Shown here: one piece after another, positions 20,401-29,811 of the stretch
Layout of the letters: each line of letters begins with the position of its first letter
Position numbering within the stretch: the stretch's first letter is position 1
Assembly: GCA_965249725.1 (NCBI GenBank)
Contig: CBDFMQ010000002.1
Coordinates: 2,176,001-2,240,000, forward strand
Source of the DNA: Longimicrobiales bacterium
GTDB taxonomy: Bacteria > Gemmatimonadota > Gemmatimonadetes > Longimicrobiales > Gaopeijiaceae
Direction: 5' to 3'
Length of the DNA: 64,000 nt
Program-made: the position numbers and the translations under genes
The notes under the pieces: model-generated
Seen by the model: only the letters and a program-made list of their open reading frames with translations
Database searches by the model: none
Told to the model about the DNA's origin: nothing

Positions 20401-20766
20401 GCTCCGCCTCCCCGGGACTGGATGCAGGAGCCGGTGCGCAATCGGTGGATCGCCGATCCCCTCGTGCTCGATAGTGGACTCCAGGCCATGATCGTCTGGA
20501 CGTCCGACCGGGTCGGCGAAGCCTCTCTGCCCTCGCGATTGACGCGGTATCGGCAGTTCGTCCCCGCCTTCCCCGATGATGGGGCGCGCATCGTCATCAG
20601 CGTGCGTGACCGCACGGAGGCCCGAGTGGTGTCCGACATCGACTGGATCGGTGTCGATGGACGCCTGCTCGCGCGCCTCGAAGGGTACGAGTCGGTCGTG
20701 GACTCCTCGCTCAGCAAGGCGTTCCGCCAGAACAGCCTCGACAAGAGCGCGTCGACGAAGGCGTAG
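14494..20766 (+). CDS. pfaA: PfaA-type iterative PKS/PUFA synthase (KS-MAT-ACP-ACP-KR-DH/PS)
   Basis: KS DAACASS/HGTGT/GHTK; AT GHSYG and AFHS; two ACPs with LGIDSIKRVEIL; KR TGGARGVT/HGAG/DYAAAN; C-terminal hot-dog SHVLDGHAVLP. Confidence 0.93.
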   Translation: MSDRNENRAAAQSPIAIVGIACVFPKAGGLHDYWANVRNGVDAITEIPGAHWKTSEYYDADPKRPDMTYGRRGGFIDPIDFEPMAFGIPPRDLEATDSTQLLGLHVARQALDDAGYGAEGREFDREKTSVILGVSGTLPLVIPLGARLGHPIWRKALEDAGVDPETTEDVIERIGEGYVPWQENSFPGLLANVVAGRIANRLDLHGTNCIVDAACASSLSAVHLAALELESGRSDMVLSGGLDTFNDIFMYMCFSKTPALSATGNARPFNNEADGTILGEGVGMLVLKRLGDAERDGDRIYAVIKGIGSSSDGKGQAVYAPAPEGQARALRSAYENAGIRPDTVELVEGHGTGTRVGDATEAKGLTTVYREANPEGTWCALGSVKSMIGHTKAAAGAAGLIKTAMALHHKTLPPTIKVESPNEAVATGETPFYVNTEKRPWLPKSAHPRRAGVSAFGFGGSNFHCVVEEYESNATEVDWDGRDQLIAFSAADREALAAQLEEFEAEGDWSDIRGRAAESRVRFDVSDEIRLLLVADRDGTPVADLIGMALSQLKNERASWTMPQGIYFGSGAAKGKWAACFPGQGAQYVGMLRELACRFPAAADALAASDEVTPGLADRVYPHPAFDDATRSQQEDALRATETAQPAIGAVSLAALRVLEQFGLKPDATCGHSYGELVALCAAGRLRPMELYQLSRRRGELMAIGDGDHGSMLAVAAELEWVKQFLRTHDLDLVVANHNAPEQAVLSGITYEIERAQDLLSKEGVRVKRLAVAAAFHSSLVAQAGAPFAESLTSIDVTGSDVTVYANATGAAYPERSADARELLASQLTSPVEFVGCVKSMFEDGVRTFVEVGPGRRLSALIDEILAGEDISTVAIDASSGRRAGLVDLARTLAQVAAEGHPVALDRWDDGALEAWQHEIARGKPTMTVPISGVNHVDPRPKRPPRAAVPTRAPSSTSDPQLLAEAMRASQASLQALVRLQEQTADVHRRFLESQERTIQAIARQQGLLPEASIPPAMPAAVAAPVVMPEPVLLQTPAVPAEPAPVEPAPAGPASAQPTSVESAPAPESDAPVPGIAAALLSVVSEKTGYPEEMLELSMGLDADLGIDSIKRVEILSALQERLPGAPVITPEHLGEIQTLGQIVEFLGGSASEADGPSVDAGNGGVEATPAAESTTASIAEPEATVAGNGAADTETNGTADAPRIAEVLLAVVADKTGYPVDMLDVSMNLDADLGIDSIKRVEILAALQEALPEAPVVAPDQLGELRTLSQIVDVLAQGGEAEPTPSLAVADLPVQTAATVATGVERLVPTLRPLGAIGDPIGLPAGSKIWVTKSGDVLSGQIVEELSAQGYSAEEVELTDPTQDPPDDVAGLIVVVPPRVTDEDILFGFGRVRAMAPVLRRAALQGGALLCSVTCLGGGFALEAAPPEDVDPTGGAWGGMTKTAAAEWTEVDCKCIDVDPNRIDLASDVVKYALSEGPVEIGLGSNGPVTVVLEPQPVEPAAHAALGSDDVVLITGGARGVTAEVAVAMAEAGQPRLILMGRSAEPTSEPDWLIGLDGEADIKRAIVAQAGPGVSPQEVQAEFNRIQASREILRNLARISAAGSEVVYSSVDVREPEAVRARLEPLIEAYGPITGLVHGAGVLADRNIEDKSDEDFAFVYDTKVGGLRSVLAALEDAPLKTMVMFSSSTARFGRRGQSDYAAANEVLNKVAQVEAARREGCRVVSVNWGPWDGGMVTPALKDMFSAEGIEVIGMESGAAYLLDEIACDGPAEVLILGAGSQLPTEKYASVEATNSAAPDELPVVFERTITTDTHEFMASHVLDGHAVLPAAMTLEWLAHSALHGNPGLRFVGVDDFRVFKGVLVQSQESVQVRVCADAARRRGDEFVVTAELCSGGSNGRRVLHARAEIVLAARQPDAVTPNASKDLPALKQSIESIYAETLFHGPAMRGLVDVESCGDSGLVARCRVAPPPRDWMQEPVRNRWIADPLVLDSGLQAMIVWTSDRVGEASLPSRLTRYRQFVPAFPDDGARIVISVRDRTEARVVSDIDWIGVDGRLLARLEGYESVVDSSLSKAFRQNSLDKSASTKA

Positions 20767-20771
20767 CCGCT

Positions 20772-23700
20772 ATGTCCGCATCCGAGCCGATCGCCATCGT
20801 CGGCCTCGGCGGGATCCTCCCCGGCGCCGCTACCCTCGATGACTTCTGGAATGTCGTCGAGGCCGGCGTGGACACCGCCTCAGAGCCACCCCCGGGTCGC
20901 TGGCATCTCGATCTCGAACAGGCGTACGACCAGGAACGCGCCCGAGCTGACCACATCTACTCGCGACGGGCCTGCTTCGTAGGGGAGTTCCACCTCGATC
21001 CCACCGGGCTGGATCTTCCTTCGGAATTGTTAGAGGCCGTCGATCCCATGGTGCATTTGGCGCTTCATGCGGGTCGGCAGGCGTGGCAAGACGCCGTCAC
21101 GGATCCAGTGGATCCCGGACGCGTAGGCGTCATGCTCGGCAACATCGTCCTCCCCACAGTGTCGGCATCCGCGATGGCGGATTGGATTCTCGGGCGCCGC
21201 TTCGAGCGGGAGGTGTTCCGGGCGGCCGGTGTGCCCATGCCGACCGAGGATCGTGTGCCCGTCGGGTCCGTAAACCGCTGGGTCGCAGGACTTCCCGCCG
21301 CGGTGCTGGCTCGAGGCCTCGGGCTGGGTGGGGATCGCTTCTGCCTGGACGCCGCGTGCGCTTCGTCCCTCTTCGCCGTGGACCTCGCGGTCGACGCTCT
21401 CCGAGCCGGCCGCCTTGACGCCGTCCTCGTGGGCGGAGTCTCACGGCCCGACTCACTCTACACGCAGATGGGCTTTTCTCAGCTCCTGGCCGTGTCGCCC
21501 ACCGGACGCTGCTCACCGTTCGACCAGAAAAGCGACGGACTGGTGGTCGGGGAGGGCGCCGGAGTGCTGGTGTTGAAACGCCTGTCCGATGCGCTCGCGC
21601 ACGGCGATCGTATCCGGGCGGTCGTAAGAAGCGTCGGCCTCTCCAACGATGTGGAGGGCAGCCTGCTCGCTCCCAGTCGAGAGGGGCAGTTGCGAGCGAT
21701 GCATGGCGCCTACCGGGCCGCCGGGTGGCGGCCTCGCGACGTCGACCTCGTCGAGTGCCATGCCACCGGGACCCCGGTGGGAGACGCGGTGGAATTCGCG
21801 AGCCTGCAGGCGTTGTGGGCCGAGGAAGATGCACCGGCTACCCGGTGCGTCATCGGCTCGGCCAAGTCCAACACCGGCCACCTGCTGACCGCGGCCGGCG
21901 CCGTCGGGCTCCTCAAGACCGTGCTGGCGATGGAGCACGAGACCCTGCCGCCCACGGCCAACTTCGAGGGGGCCGGAGAGAAGATCGACCTGGCGGGAAG
22001 TCCCTTTCGCGTGCTCCAGGAGGCAGAGCCGTGGGAGGCCCCGGAGAACCATGCACGTCGTGCGGCGGTCAGCGGATTCGGTTTTGGTGGGACCAACGCC
22101 CACGTGCTCCTGGAGGAGGCGAGGGAGCACGTCGCCGGACGGGCCAGCGTGGCCGTGCCGGAGCTCCCAGGCGAGTCGAAGGCCACAGCCGAGTCTTCCC
22201 CAAGCGAGTCGCCGAACACCGGAATCGCGATCGTGGGCATGGGCGCCCGCATCGGCCCGTGGCAGGACCTCACCGACGTCCAGCAACGGATCCTGGGGCG
22301 AGGGACCGACCATCCCGTTCGGCCGAAGGAGAACCATTGGGGGGTCCCGGATCCCCCGCAGGGTTGGTTCATCGAGGAACTCGAGATTCCGTTCGGCCGA
22401 TTCAAGATCCCACCGAAGGAGATCGAGGAGGCACTTCCCCAGCAGATGCTCATGCTCCAGGTGGCCGAACGCGCGATCGCCGACGCCACCATGGACGATG
22501 TCGAGCGGCTGCGTACGGGTGTCTTCGTCGGGGTAGAGATCGATCTCAACACGACCAACTACCATCTGCGGTGGGTGGTGCGCAACAGGGCCGCCGACTG
22601 GGCCGGTAGGATGGGACGTCCGACCGCAGGGGCAGAGTTCGAGAGTTGGGTGGACGAGCTGTGCGACTCGCTCACACCGGCACTCAACGCAAACCGCACC
22701 ATCGGCGGTCTGGGCTCTATCGTGGCGAGCCGGATCGCGCGGGAATTCGAACTCGGTGGCCCGAGCTACGTGCTCGCGAGCGAGGAGACGTCGGGCATGT
22801 CGGCCCTACAGGCAGCGATCCGGTCCCTCCAGACCGGCCGGCTCGACTGTGCCGTCGTAGGAGCCGTCGACCTGTCCGGAGACGTCCGCGCCCTTCTCTC
22901 GCTGGCGAGTACCGATGGCCTGGCGAGTGACGGCATCCCGCGCCCCTTCGACGGGCAGTCTCAGGGCGTGGTTCCCAGCGACGGCGCGGTAGCCCTCATT
23001 CTGAAGCGCGAAGACGAAGCACGACGTGACGGTGATCGGGTGTACGCCGTCGTCCGCGGAGTGGGAAGCGCGGGCGGAGAGCTGGCTCATGCGGGTGGCG
23101 AAGCGGCCCTCCGCAGTTGCGAAATCGCCGGAATCTCACCGGAAAGCATTCCGTATGTGGAGGGCCATGGAGGCGGGGTCCCGCGCGACGATCGTGCCGA
23201 AGCGCGAGCTCTGGCCGAGATCCACGGCGCGGATACGGTGCTCGGATGTACGAAGGCCCGCGTCGGCCATGCCGGGGCTGCCGCCGGCCTCGTCTCGGTC
23301 CTCGGAGCGAGCCTGGCGCTCTATCAGCAGGTGCTTCCTACCGCCAATGGCCGCGACCGGGCCGGACCGGCCACTGGCGCTCGGGGGGATGCGGCTCGCG
23401 ATGACGCATCACCCACAGGACTCACTCCGCTCGCGGACTCCCGGCCATGGGTCTGCGATCGCTCCGAGGGCCCGCGGCGGGCAGGAGTCCTGGCGGTCTC
23501 TCGAGGCGGATCGTGTTCCCACGTTGTCCTCGAGGAATCGGTCGATACGGTTCACGAGGAGGAAAGGACGAACCCTCTCGGTTCGTTGGAGGAAGGCCTG
23601 TTCGTGGTGGAGGGCGACGATGACGAGGCCGTAGTCGCGGGCCTGAGACGCCTCGCGGATTTCGTAGGAGGCCCGGCGGGAAGCTCGGCGGGAGGCCCGG

Positions 23701-26700
23701 CGGGAGGCCCAGCTGGAGGCTCGGTCGGAAGCTCGGTGGCCGTGTCCCAGCTGGCGCAGCGCTGGTGGCTCAATGAGTCCCTGAAGCCCGAGGCCGACCG
23801 GGCCGTGGCCCTGGTGACCCGGGATGCCGGCGAGACCGAGGACCTTGCGCGGGCCGCCGCCGATCAGATCGAGACAGGTGCCGATCCCTCCGATCGGGGT
23901 GCCGGGCGGGTCTTCTTCACACGTGAGCCACTCGGACCCGAGGGTCGACTCGCGTTCGTGTATCCCGGCTCCGGAAGTCAGTTCGTCGGCATGGGCCGCG
24001 AGCTCTGCCTGCAGTGGCCGGACGTCCTTCGGGGACAGGAGGGGACCAGCGACAGGCTGAACTCCCAACTTAGGGCATCCGAGATATGGCGGACCGGTCC
24101 TGCCCCGACCGACGCGCAAACGGTGATCCTGTCTCAAGTGGCGCTGGGTACGCTGGCGACCGATCTCATGTCTCGATTCGGCGTGAAGCCCGATGCGGTC
24201 GTCGGCTACTCGCTGGGTGAAACGGCTGGGTTGTTCTCCACGGGTGCGTGGCACGAGCGGGACGAGATGCTTCGCAGAACCACCGAGAGCGATCTGTTCG
24301 AGACCCAGCTCACGGGGCGCTGCACCGCGGCCCGATCCGCATGGAATCTGGACGCGGATGCGTCGCTGGAGTGGAAGATCGGCGTGGTGGACCGTCCCGC
24401 CGACGAGGTCCGGCAAGTCCTGGACGGCCGCGAGCGGGTCTATCTGCTCATAGTGAACACTCCGGACGAGTGCGTCATCGGTGGCGATGCCGAGGCGGTC
24501 GACCAAGCCGTCGAGGCCCTCGGTTCCGCATTCCACGAACTCCAGGGCGTCACGACCGTGCATTGTGAGGTCGCCCAGGAGGTCGCGGACGACTACCGGA
24601 ACCTGCACCTACTCGATACCCGCCCACCCGAGGGCGTCCGTTTCTACAGCGGAGCCTGGGGCGAGTCGTACGAAGTGGACCGGGAGCGGGCTGCCGACTC
24701 CCTCCTCGCTCAGGCACTCCACGGGGTGGACTTCCCCAAGACGGTGCGCCAGGCCTACCAAGACGGCGCACGCATCTTCCTGGAGATGGGTCCGGGGGCT
24801 TCCTGCACACGCATGATCTCGAAGATCCTGGACGGCCTCCCCTTCAGGGCACGGTCGATCTCGTCGCCGACTCAAGACGAGCCGTCCGCTGTCCTCAGGG
24901 CCCTTGCCATGCTCTTGGTCGAACGAGTCGACGTGGATCTCGGGCCGCTCTACCCGACGGCGCTGGAGCCTGAGAGCGAATCACAGCCGGTCATCAGGGT
25001 CCCCATCGGACAGGCCGGATTCGGGTCGATCCCGGTGGAGCCTTCGGTCGACCGGGACGCCGCGCCGCTCGAAGCCGACCCCGTGCCCGTCGAGGCCGAG
25101 GCCGGCGCCATTGCGGTCGCTGGCACCGCTTCCTCCCCGGCGACGTTTGCCACCGAGTTCCCACAGGATCTGGCGGCCGCCGTGCGGGCCGCGGAGACGA
25201 CGCTGGAGGCCCACCAGGCCTTTCTTCGCTCCGCCGAACACACACGCCGGCTGGCGGAAGCACAGTTGGCGCATCAACAGGATCTCTTGCAGGCTCTGAC
25301 CGTGGGGGGAGAGGCGCCCCTGCTCGCCACGGATCGATCGGCAGCCACGGAGCGCCCGGTGGTCGAGGATCGATCGCTCGCCTTGGACCGGAATCAGCTC
25401 ATGGAGTTCGCCATCGGCTCCATCGGCAAGGTGCTTGGCGATCGCTTCGCCCATGTGGACGGCCACCCCACCCGGGTGCGACTTCCCGACGAGCCGCTCA
25501 TGCTCGTCGATCGGGTGATCACCATCGAGGCCGAGCCTCAGTCCATGACCTCCGGGCGCATCGTGACGGAGCACGACGTCCTAGAGAACGCATGGTATCT
25601 GGATGGCGGACTGATCCCCACGTGCGTGGCCGTCGAGGCGGGCCAAGCGGACCTGCTCTTGTCCGGGTATCTGGGAATCGACTCTGAGACGCAGGGCCTG
25701 GCCGTATACCGCCTTCTGGACGCCGTGGTGACGTTCCACGGAGATCTGCCCCGGCCCGGCCATGTAATCGTGTACGACATCCAGATCATCCGCTTCTTCC
25801 GACAGGGCGACACCTGGCTCTTCCGCTTCCACTTCGACGCCACGGTCGACGGTCGCCCGCTCATGACCATGCGAGAGGGCTCAGCCGGGTTCTTCAGCCA
25901 GGGAGAGCTCGATGCCGGAAAGGGCATCGTCCTGAGCGCCCTCGAACAGCGAGAGATCGCAGGTCAGCGACCGGACGATTGGCAGGATCTCGTGCCGATG
26001 CGCAGAGAGTCGTTCGACGAGGCACAGGTCGAGGCTCTTCGGCGGGGAGACTTGGAAGGAGCCTTCGGCAGCGAGTTTGCCGGACTGGACTTGGCCCAGC
26101 CACTCACGATTCCCGGGGACTTGATGAGGCTGGTCCACCGAGTCACCGAACTCGACCCCGAAGGCGGGCGCTACGGAATCGGGAGCATCGTAGCCGAGGC
26201 GGATATCCACCCCGACGACTGGTTCCTGACGTGCCACTTCGTCGATGATCAGGTCATGCCGGGCACGCTGATGTACGAGTGCTGCCTGCACACACTGCGC
26301 ATCTTCCTTCTCCGCATGGGTTGGATCGCCGAGGAGGGCGCAGCCACCTGGCAGCCGATCGTCGGGGTGGAGAGCCGACTCCGGTGCCGGGGCCAGGTCT
26401 TGGCTTCCACGGCGATGGTCACCTATGAGATCAACCTGCGAGAGCTCGGCTATACCCCAGAGCCCTACGCCGTCGTGGACGCGATGATGTATGCCGACGG
26501 CAAGCCGATCGTCGACATTCGAGAGATGTCGGTGCGGCTGAACGGCACCAATCGGGAGCAACTGGAAGCCCTGTGGGCGGGTCGCACGACCGAAGGCGTG
26601 GGCGCCTTGTCGGTCGACTCGCCGGAGCGTGACACCCCGTCGGTTCATCCCGTGCCCGAGCGTAGCACCCCGTCGGAGATGCCCGTCGTCGAGTCGCCCG

Positions 26701-27821
26701 GCGCCGAATCCGAGCTGCTACCCCTCCAGCGGGACCCGTCGGTCCCGTACGACAAGGCGAGCATCCTTGCCTTCAGCAGCGGCAAGCCTTCAGAGGCGTT
26801 CGGGGATGTGTACAGTGCCTTCGACCACGGCCCCCGCCGCATCGCCCGGCTCCCGCGCCCTCCCTATCAGTTCATGGACCGGGTCACATCCGTGGTGGGT
26901 GAGCCGTTTTCCATGAAGGCGGGCGCCAAGGCGACGGCCCAATTCGATGTCGCGGCGGACCACTGGTACTTCGCGAGCAACCGTCAGCAGGAGATGCCGT
27001 TCGCGGTACTCCTCGAGGTGGCCCTCCAACCCTGCGGATGGCTCGCGGGTTACGTGGGCTCCGCCCTCGCCGCCGAAACGGACGTGCGCTTCCGGAACCT
27101 GGGGGGCGATGCGGTCCAACTGGCGCGGCTCAACGCGGGTACGGACGTGATCACGACCGAAGTCGAGCTCACCAGCGTCTCCATGTCCGGCGGGATGATC
27201 ATTCAGCACTACGCAATGTCGCTCGAGAGCGACCGGCTCGGTCCTCTGTATGAGGGAAAGACCTACTTCGGCTTCTTCTCGGAGCAAGCGCTCGCCGATC
27301 AGGTCGGGATGCGCGACGCCGTCATCTATGAACCCTCCGCCGCCGAGCGCGAGCGCGGGTCGAGCTTCCCGCTCTCCATCGAGCGGCCGCTCCCGGACCC
27401 GAACTTTCGCATGGTGGACCGGATCGACCTCCTGGTGCCCGACGGCGGTCCCGACGGCCTCGGCTGGGTCGAAGGATCCATCGACGTGGATCCGAGCAAG
27501 TGGTTCTTCGAGGCGCACTTCTATCAAGATCCGGTCTGGCCGGGTTCACTAGGCCTGGAGGCCTTCGTGCAGCTCCTCAAGACCTACGCCGTAGACCGCT
27601 GGGATCTCCACGAAACGGCCGAATTCCATACGATGCCCCGCGAGGGTCGACATCGATGGGGCTATCGGGGCCAGATCGTGCCGGGTTGCGAGCGGGTGGA
27701 GGTGTGCGCGAGCATCACAGCAGTAGACGACGAGCTGCGGACCCTCACCGCCGACGGATTCCTCACGGTGAACGGCAGAACGATCTATTCGATGAACGCT
27801 TTCAGCCTGGGAGCACTCTAA
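20772..27821 (+). CDS. pfaBC: PfaBC fusion (KS-CLF-AT-FabA-like DH domains)
   Basis: KS DAACASS/HATGT/GHLL; second KS lacking the catalytic Cys (CLF); AT GYSLG and TVHC; DH motifs CHFVDDQVMPG and AHFYQDPVWPG plus pseudo-DH domains. Confidence 0.9.
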   Translation: MSASEPIAIVGLGGILPGAATLDDFWNVVEAGVDTASEPPPGRWHLDLEQAYDQERARADHIYSRRACFVGEFHLDPTGLDLPSELLEAVDPMVHLALHAGRQAWQDAVTDPVDPGRVGVMLGNIVLPTVSASAMADWILGRRFEREVFRAAGVPMPTEDRVPVGSVNRWVAGLPAAVLARGLGLGGDRFCLDAACASSLFAVDLAVDALRAGRLDAVLVGGVSRPDSLYTQMGFSQLLAVSPTGRCSPFDQKSDGLVVGEGAGVLVLKRLSDALAHGDRIRAVVRSVGLSNDVEGSLLAPSREGQLRAMHGAYRAAGWRPRDVDLVECHATGTPVGDAVEFASLQALWAEEDAPATRCVIGSAKSNTGHLLTAAGAVGLLKTVLAMEHETLPPTANFEGAGEKIDLAGSPFRVLQEAEPWEAPENHARRAAVSGFGFGGTNAHVLLEEAREHVAGRASVAVPELPGESKATAESSPSESPNTGIAIVGMGARIGPWQDLTDVQQRILGRGTDHPVRPKENHWGVPDPPQGWFIEELEIPFGRFKIPPKEIEEALPQQMLMLQVAERAIADATMDDVERLRTGVFVGVEIDLNTTNYHLRWVVRNRAADWAGRMGRPTAGAEFESWVDELCDSLTPALNANRTIGGLGSIVASRIAREFELGGPSYVLASEETSGMSALQAAIRSLQTGRLDCAVVGAVDLSGDVRALLSLASTDGLASDGIPRPFDGQSQGVVPSDGAVALILKREDEARRDGDRVYAVVRGVGSAGGELAHAGGEAALRSCEIAGISPESIPYVEGHGGGVPRDDRAEARALAEIHGADTVLGCTKARVGHAGAAAGLVSVLGASLALYQQVLPTANGRDRAGPATGARGDAARDDASPTGLTPLADSRPWVCDRSEGPRRAGVLAVSRGGSCSHVVLEESVDTVHEEERTNPLGSLEEGLFVVEGDDDEAVVAGLRRLADFVGGPAGSSAGGPAGGPAGGSVGSSVAVSQLAQRWWLNESLKPEADRAVALVTRDAGETEDLARAAADQIETGADPSDRGAGRVFFTREPLGPEGRLAFVYPGSGSQFVGMGRELCLQWPDVLRGQEGTSDRLNSQLRASEIWRTGPAPTDAQTVILSQVALGTLATDLMSRFGVKPDAVVGYSLGETAGLFSTGAWHERDEMLRRTTESDLFETQLTGRCTAARSAWNLDADASLEWKIGVVDRPADEVRQVLDGRERVYLLIVNTPDECVIGGDAEAVDQAVEALGSAFHELQGVTTVHCEVAQEVADDYRNLHLLDTRPPEGVRFYSGAWGESYEVDRERAADSLLAQALHGVDFPKTVRQAYQDGARIFLEMGPGASCTRMISKILDGLPFRARSISSPTQDEPSAVLRALAMLLVERVDVDLGPLYPTALEPESESQPVIRVPIGQAGFGSIPVEPSVDRDAAPLEADPVPVEAEAGAIAVAGTASSPATFATEFPQDLAAAVRAAETTLEAHQAFLRSAEHTRRLAEAQLAHQQDLLQALTVGGEAPLLATDRSAATERPVVEDRSLALDRNQLMEFAIGSIGKVLGDRFAHVDGHPTRVRLPDEPLMLVDRVITIEAEPQSMTSGRIVTEHDVLENAWYLDGGLIPTCVAVEAGQADLLLSGYLGIDSETQGLAVYRLLDAVVTFHGDLPRPGHVIVYDIQIIRFFRQGDTWLFRFHFDATVDGRPLMTMREGSAGFFSQGELDAGKGIVLSALEQREIAGQRPDDWQDLVPMRRESFDEAQVEALRRGDLEGAFGSEFAGLDLAQPLTIPGDLMRLVHRVTELDPEGGRYGIGSIVAEADIHPDDWFLTCHFVDDQVMPGTLMYECCLHTLRIFLLRMGWIAEEGAATWQPIVGVESRLRCRGQVLASTAMVTYEINLRELGYTPEPYAVVDAMMYADGKPIVDIREMSVRLNGTNREQLEALWAGRTTEGVGALSVDSPERDTPSVHPVPERSTPSEMPVVESPGAESELLPLQRDPSVPYDKASILAFSSGKPSEAFGDVYSAFDHGPRRIARLPRPPYQFMDRVTSVVGEPFSMKAGAKATAQFDVAADHWYFASNRQQEMPFAVLLEVALQPCGWLAGYVGSALAAETDVRFRNLGGDAVQLARLNAGTDVITTEVELTSVSMSGGMIIQHYAMSLESDRLGPLYEGKTYFGFFSEQALADQVGMRDAVIYEPSAAERERGSSFPLSIERPLPDPNFRMVDRIDLLVPDGGPDGLGWVEGSIDVDPSKWFFEAHFYQDPVWPGSLGLEAFVQLLKTYAVDRWDLHETAEFHTMPREGRHRWGYRGQIVPGCERVEVCASITAVDDELRTLTADGFLTVNGRTIYSMNAFSLGAL

Positions 27822-27847
27822 ATGTACCGATGCCGAAAGGTACGCCC

Positions 27848-28927
27848 GTGAGATACTCGCGCGTGGTCATCGAACGCTTCGGGTACGAGCTGGCACCTTG
27901 TGTCGTCACGTCGGACGAACTCGAACAGCGTCTGTCATCGGTCTACGAGCAGCTCCGCATCCAGCCGGGTCAGCTCCGCCTCATGACCGGCATTCACGAG
28001 CGGCGATATTGGGATCCCGGATATACGGTTACGCAGGGGGCAACCGCCGCCGCACTGAAGGCGCTACGGGATTCATCCGTGCCGGCAGACGCACTCGACA
28101 TGCTCATCTACGCCGGAGTGTGTCGCGAGCACTTCGAGCCGGCCACCGCCTGTCACGTAGGCGCCGGACTGCAGCAAGCGGGTCATACGATCCGGCCCTC
28201 CGCCCACGTCTACGACGTGAGCAACGCATGCCTTGGTGTCTTGAATGGCATCCTCGACGTCGCCAACCGCATCGAGCTCGGCCAGATCCGCGCCGGCATG
28301 GTGGTGAGCTGTGAGACCGCCCGGGACATCGTCGATACGACCATCGCCCGCCTGAACGGCAATCCGGACATGGAGGAGTTCAAGACGGCCATCGCCACCC
28401 TCACGGGTGGGTCGGCGGCCGTGGCGGTGATCCTGAGTGACGGCTCCTTCGGGGAATCCGATCGACGGCGCCTCCGCGGAGCCGTGGTGGAGACGGCCCC
28501 CGAACATCACATGCTGTGCCGGTGGGGCGTGGAGGCCCACCCCGCGGGACAAGCGAACGGGGCCGAGGCCAGCCTGAGGGAATTCGCGAGCACCGATGCG
28601 GCGGCGGTCCTCGAGCACGGTGTGGCCCTGGGCGCACGCACGTGGGACGCCTTCCTCAGCGAGATGGAGTGGCCGGTCGCAGCGGTCGATCGCACCGTCT
28701 GTCACCAGGTGGGATCAGCCCACCGCGAAACCATGCTCCGGACCATGGGCCTGTCTCCCGAGCACGACTTCGTGACCTACGAATACCTGGGGAACACCGG
28801 CACGGCGGCGCTTCCGGTAGCGGCAGCCCTGGCAGAGGAGCGGGGGTTCATCGAGCCGGGACACAAGGTCGGCCTTCTCGGCATCGGCAGTGGCCTCAAC
28901 TGCATGATGTTGGGAGTGGATTGGTGA
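27848..28927 (+). CDS. oleA: OleA head-to-head Claisen condensing thiolase (KAS III-like)
   Basis: GTG start after GAAAGG; MRYSRVVI..YEL, EPATA (catalytic Glu), SNACLG, CHQVG, LGNTG, GIGSGLNC; followed by oleBCD-like genes. Confidence 0.88.
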   Translation: MRYSRVVIERFGYELAPCVVTSDELEQRLSSVYEQLRIQPGQLRLMTGIHERRYWDPGYTVTQGATAAALKALRDSSVPADALDMLIYAGVCREHFEPATACHVGAGLQQAGHTIRPSAHVYDVSNACLGVLNGILDVANRIELGQIRAGMVVSCETARDIVDTTIARLNGNPDMEEFKTAIATLTGGSAAVAVILSDGSFGESDRRRLRGAVVETAPEHHMLCRWGVEAHPAGQANGAEASLREFASTDAAAVLEHGVALGARTWDAFLSEMEWPVAAVDRTVCHQVGSAHRETMLRTMGLSPEHDFVTYEYLGNTGTAALPVAAALAEERGFIEPGHKVGLLGIGSGLNCMMLGVDW

Positions 28928-29811
28928 GCACGCTCTACCCCTTCGATCCGCACTACCACGATGTCGCCGGACACCGCCTCCACTACGTGGACGAGGGTTC
29001 GGGCGAGCCCGTGCTCATGGTCCACGGCAACCCGAGCTGGTCCTTCCTTTACAGGGATCTCATCGGGTCGCTGAGCGGTGACCACCGGACCGTGGCTCCG
29101 GACCACATCGGGTGTGGCCGCTCGGACAAGCCCGACGACGGGCAGTACGAGTACACGCTCGACTCCCGGGTGTCGGACCTGAACTCACTCGTCGAGCATC
29201 TCGACCTGCGCGATATCACGTTGGTCGTGCACGATTGGGGCGGGATGATCGGGATGGCTTGGGCCGTCCAGAATGTCGAGCGTCTCAGGCGCCTGGTCGT
29301 GATGAACACCGCCGCTTTTCCGCTTCCGGATACGAAACGCATCCCCGCCTCCCTCCGGATGGCGCGCGCGCCGGGGCTGGGCGCCCTACTGGTCCGTGGC
29401 GGCAACGCCTTCGCCCGCGGGGCGGTCCGTACCTGCGTGACCCGTGCGCCCATGTCGAAGTCCGTAGCCGTCGGCTATTTGGAGCCCTACGACTCCTGGG
29501 CAAACCGCATCGCCGTCCACCGCTTCGTGCAGGACATCCCGCTGAAGGAAGGGGACCCTGCCTGGGCGACCGTCCGGGACACCGCCGACTCGCTCGACCT
29601 GCTGACGGACCTGCCGATGCTCATCTGCTGGGGCTTGAAGGACTTCGTCTTCGATGGCGAGTTCCTCGACGAGTGGACCGCCCGCTTTCCCGCGGCCGAG
29701 GTGCATCGTTTCCCGGACTGTGGACACTACGTGCTCGAGGACGCGTCGCAGGAGATCGTCCCCCTGGTGCGGGGCTTTATCGAGGCGCATCCGCTCCAAC
29801 CCTCCGTATGA
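28924..29811 (+). CDS. oleB: OleB alpha/beta hydrolase (beta-lactone decarboxylase, haloalkane dehalogenase-like)
   Basis: LYPF, HGNPSWS, HDWGG, RFVQDIPL, WGLKDFVFD, GHYVLED; GTGA overlap with oleA. Confidence 0.9.
   Translation: MSTLYPFDPHYHDVAGHRLHYVDEGSGEPVLMVHGNPSWSFLYRDLIGSLSGDHRTVAPDHIGCGRSDKPDDGQYEYTLDSRVSDLNSLVEHLDLRDITLVVHDWGGMIGMAWAVQNVERLRRLVVMNTAAFPLPDTKRIPASLRMARAPGLGALLVRGGNAFARGAVRTCVTRAPMSKSVAVGYLEPYDSWANRIAVHRFVQDIPLKEGDPAWATVRDTADSLDLLTDLPMLICWGLKDFVFDGEFLDEWTARFPAAEVHRFPDCGHYVLEDASQEIVPLVRGFIEAHPLQPSV

Noticed and set aside
23667..23738. Degenerate 12-bp repeats (GGPA/GSSA) in pfaBC, and PAEPAP repeats in pfaA
   Set aside because: These are ordinary low-complexity linker expansions.
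27500..29807. Long N-terminal extensions of oleA, oleB and oleC in the ORF track
   Set aside because: They are artefacts of first-start calling. Motif-based starts at 27848, 28924 and 29808 fit the RBS and stop-start overlaps.
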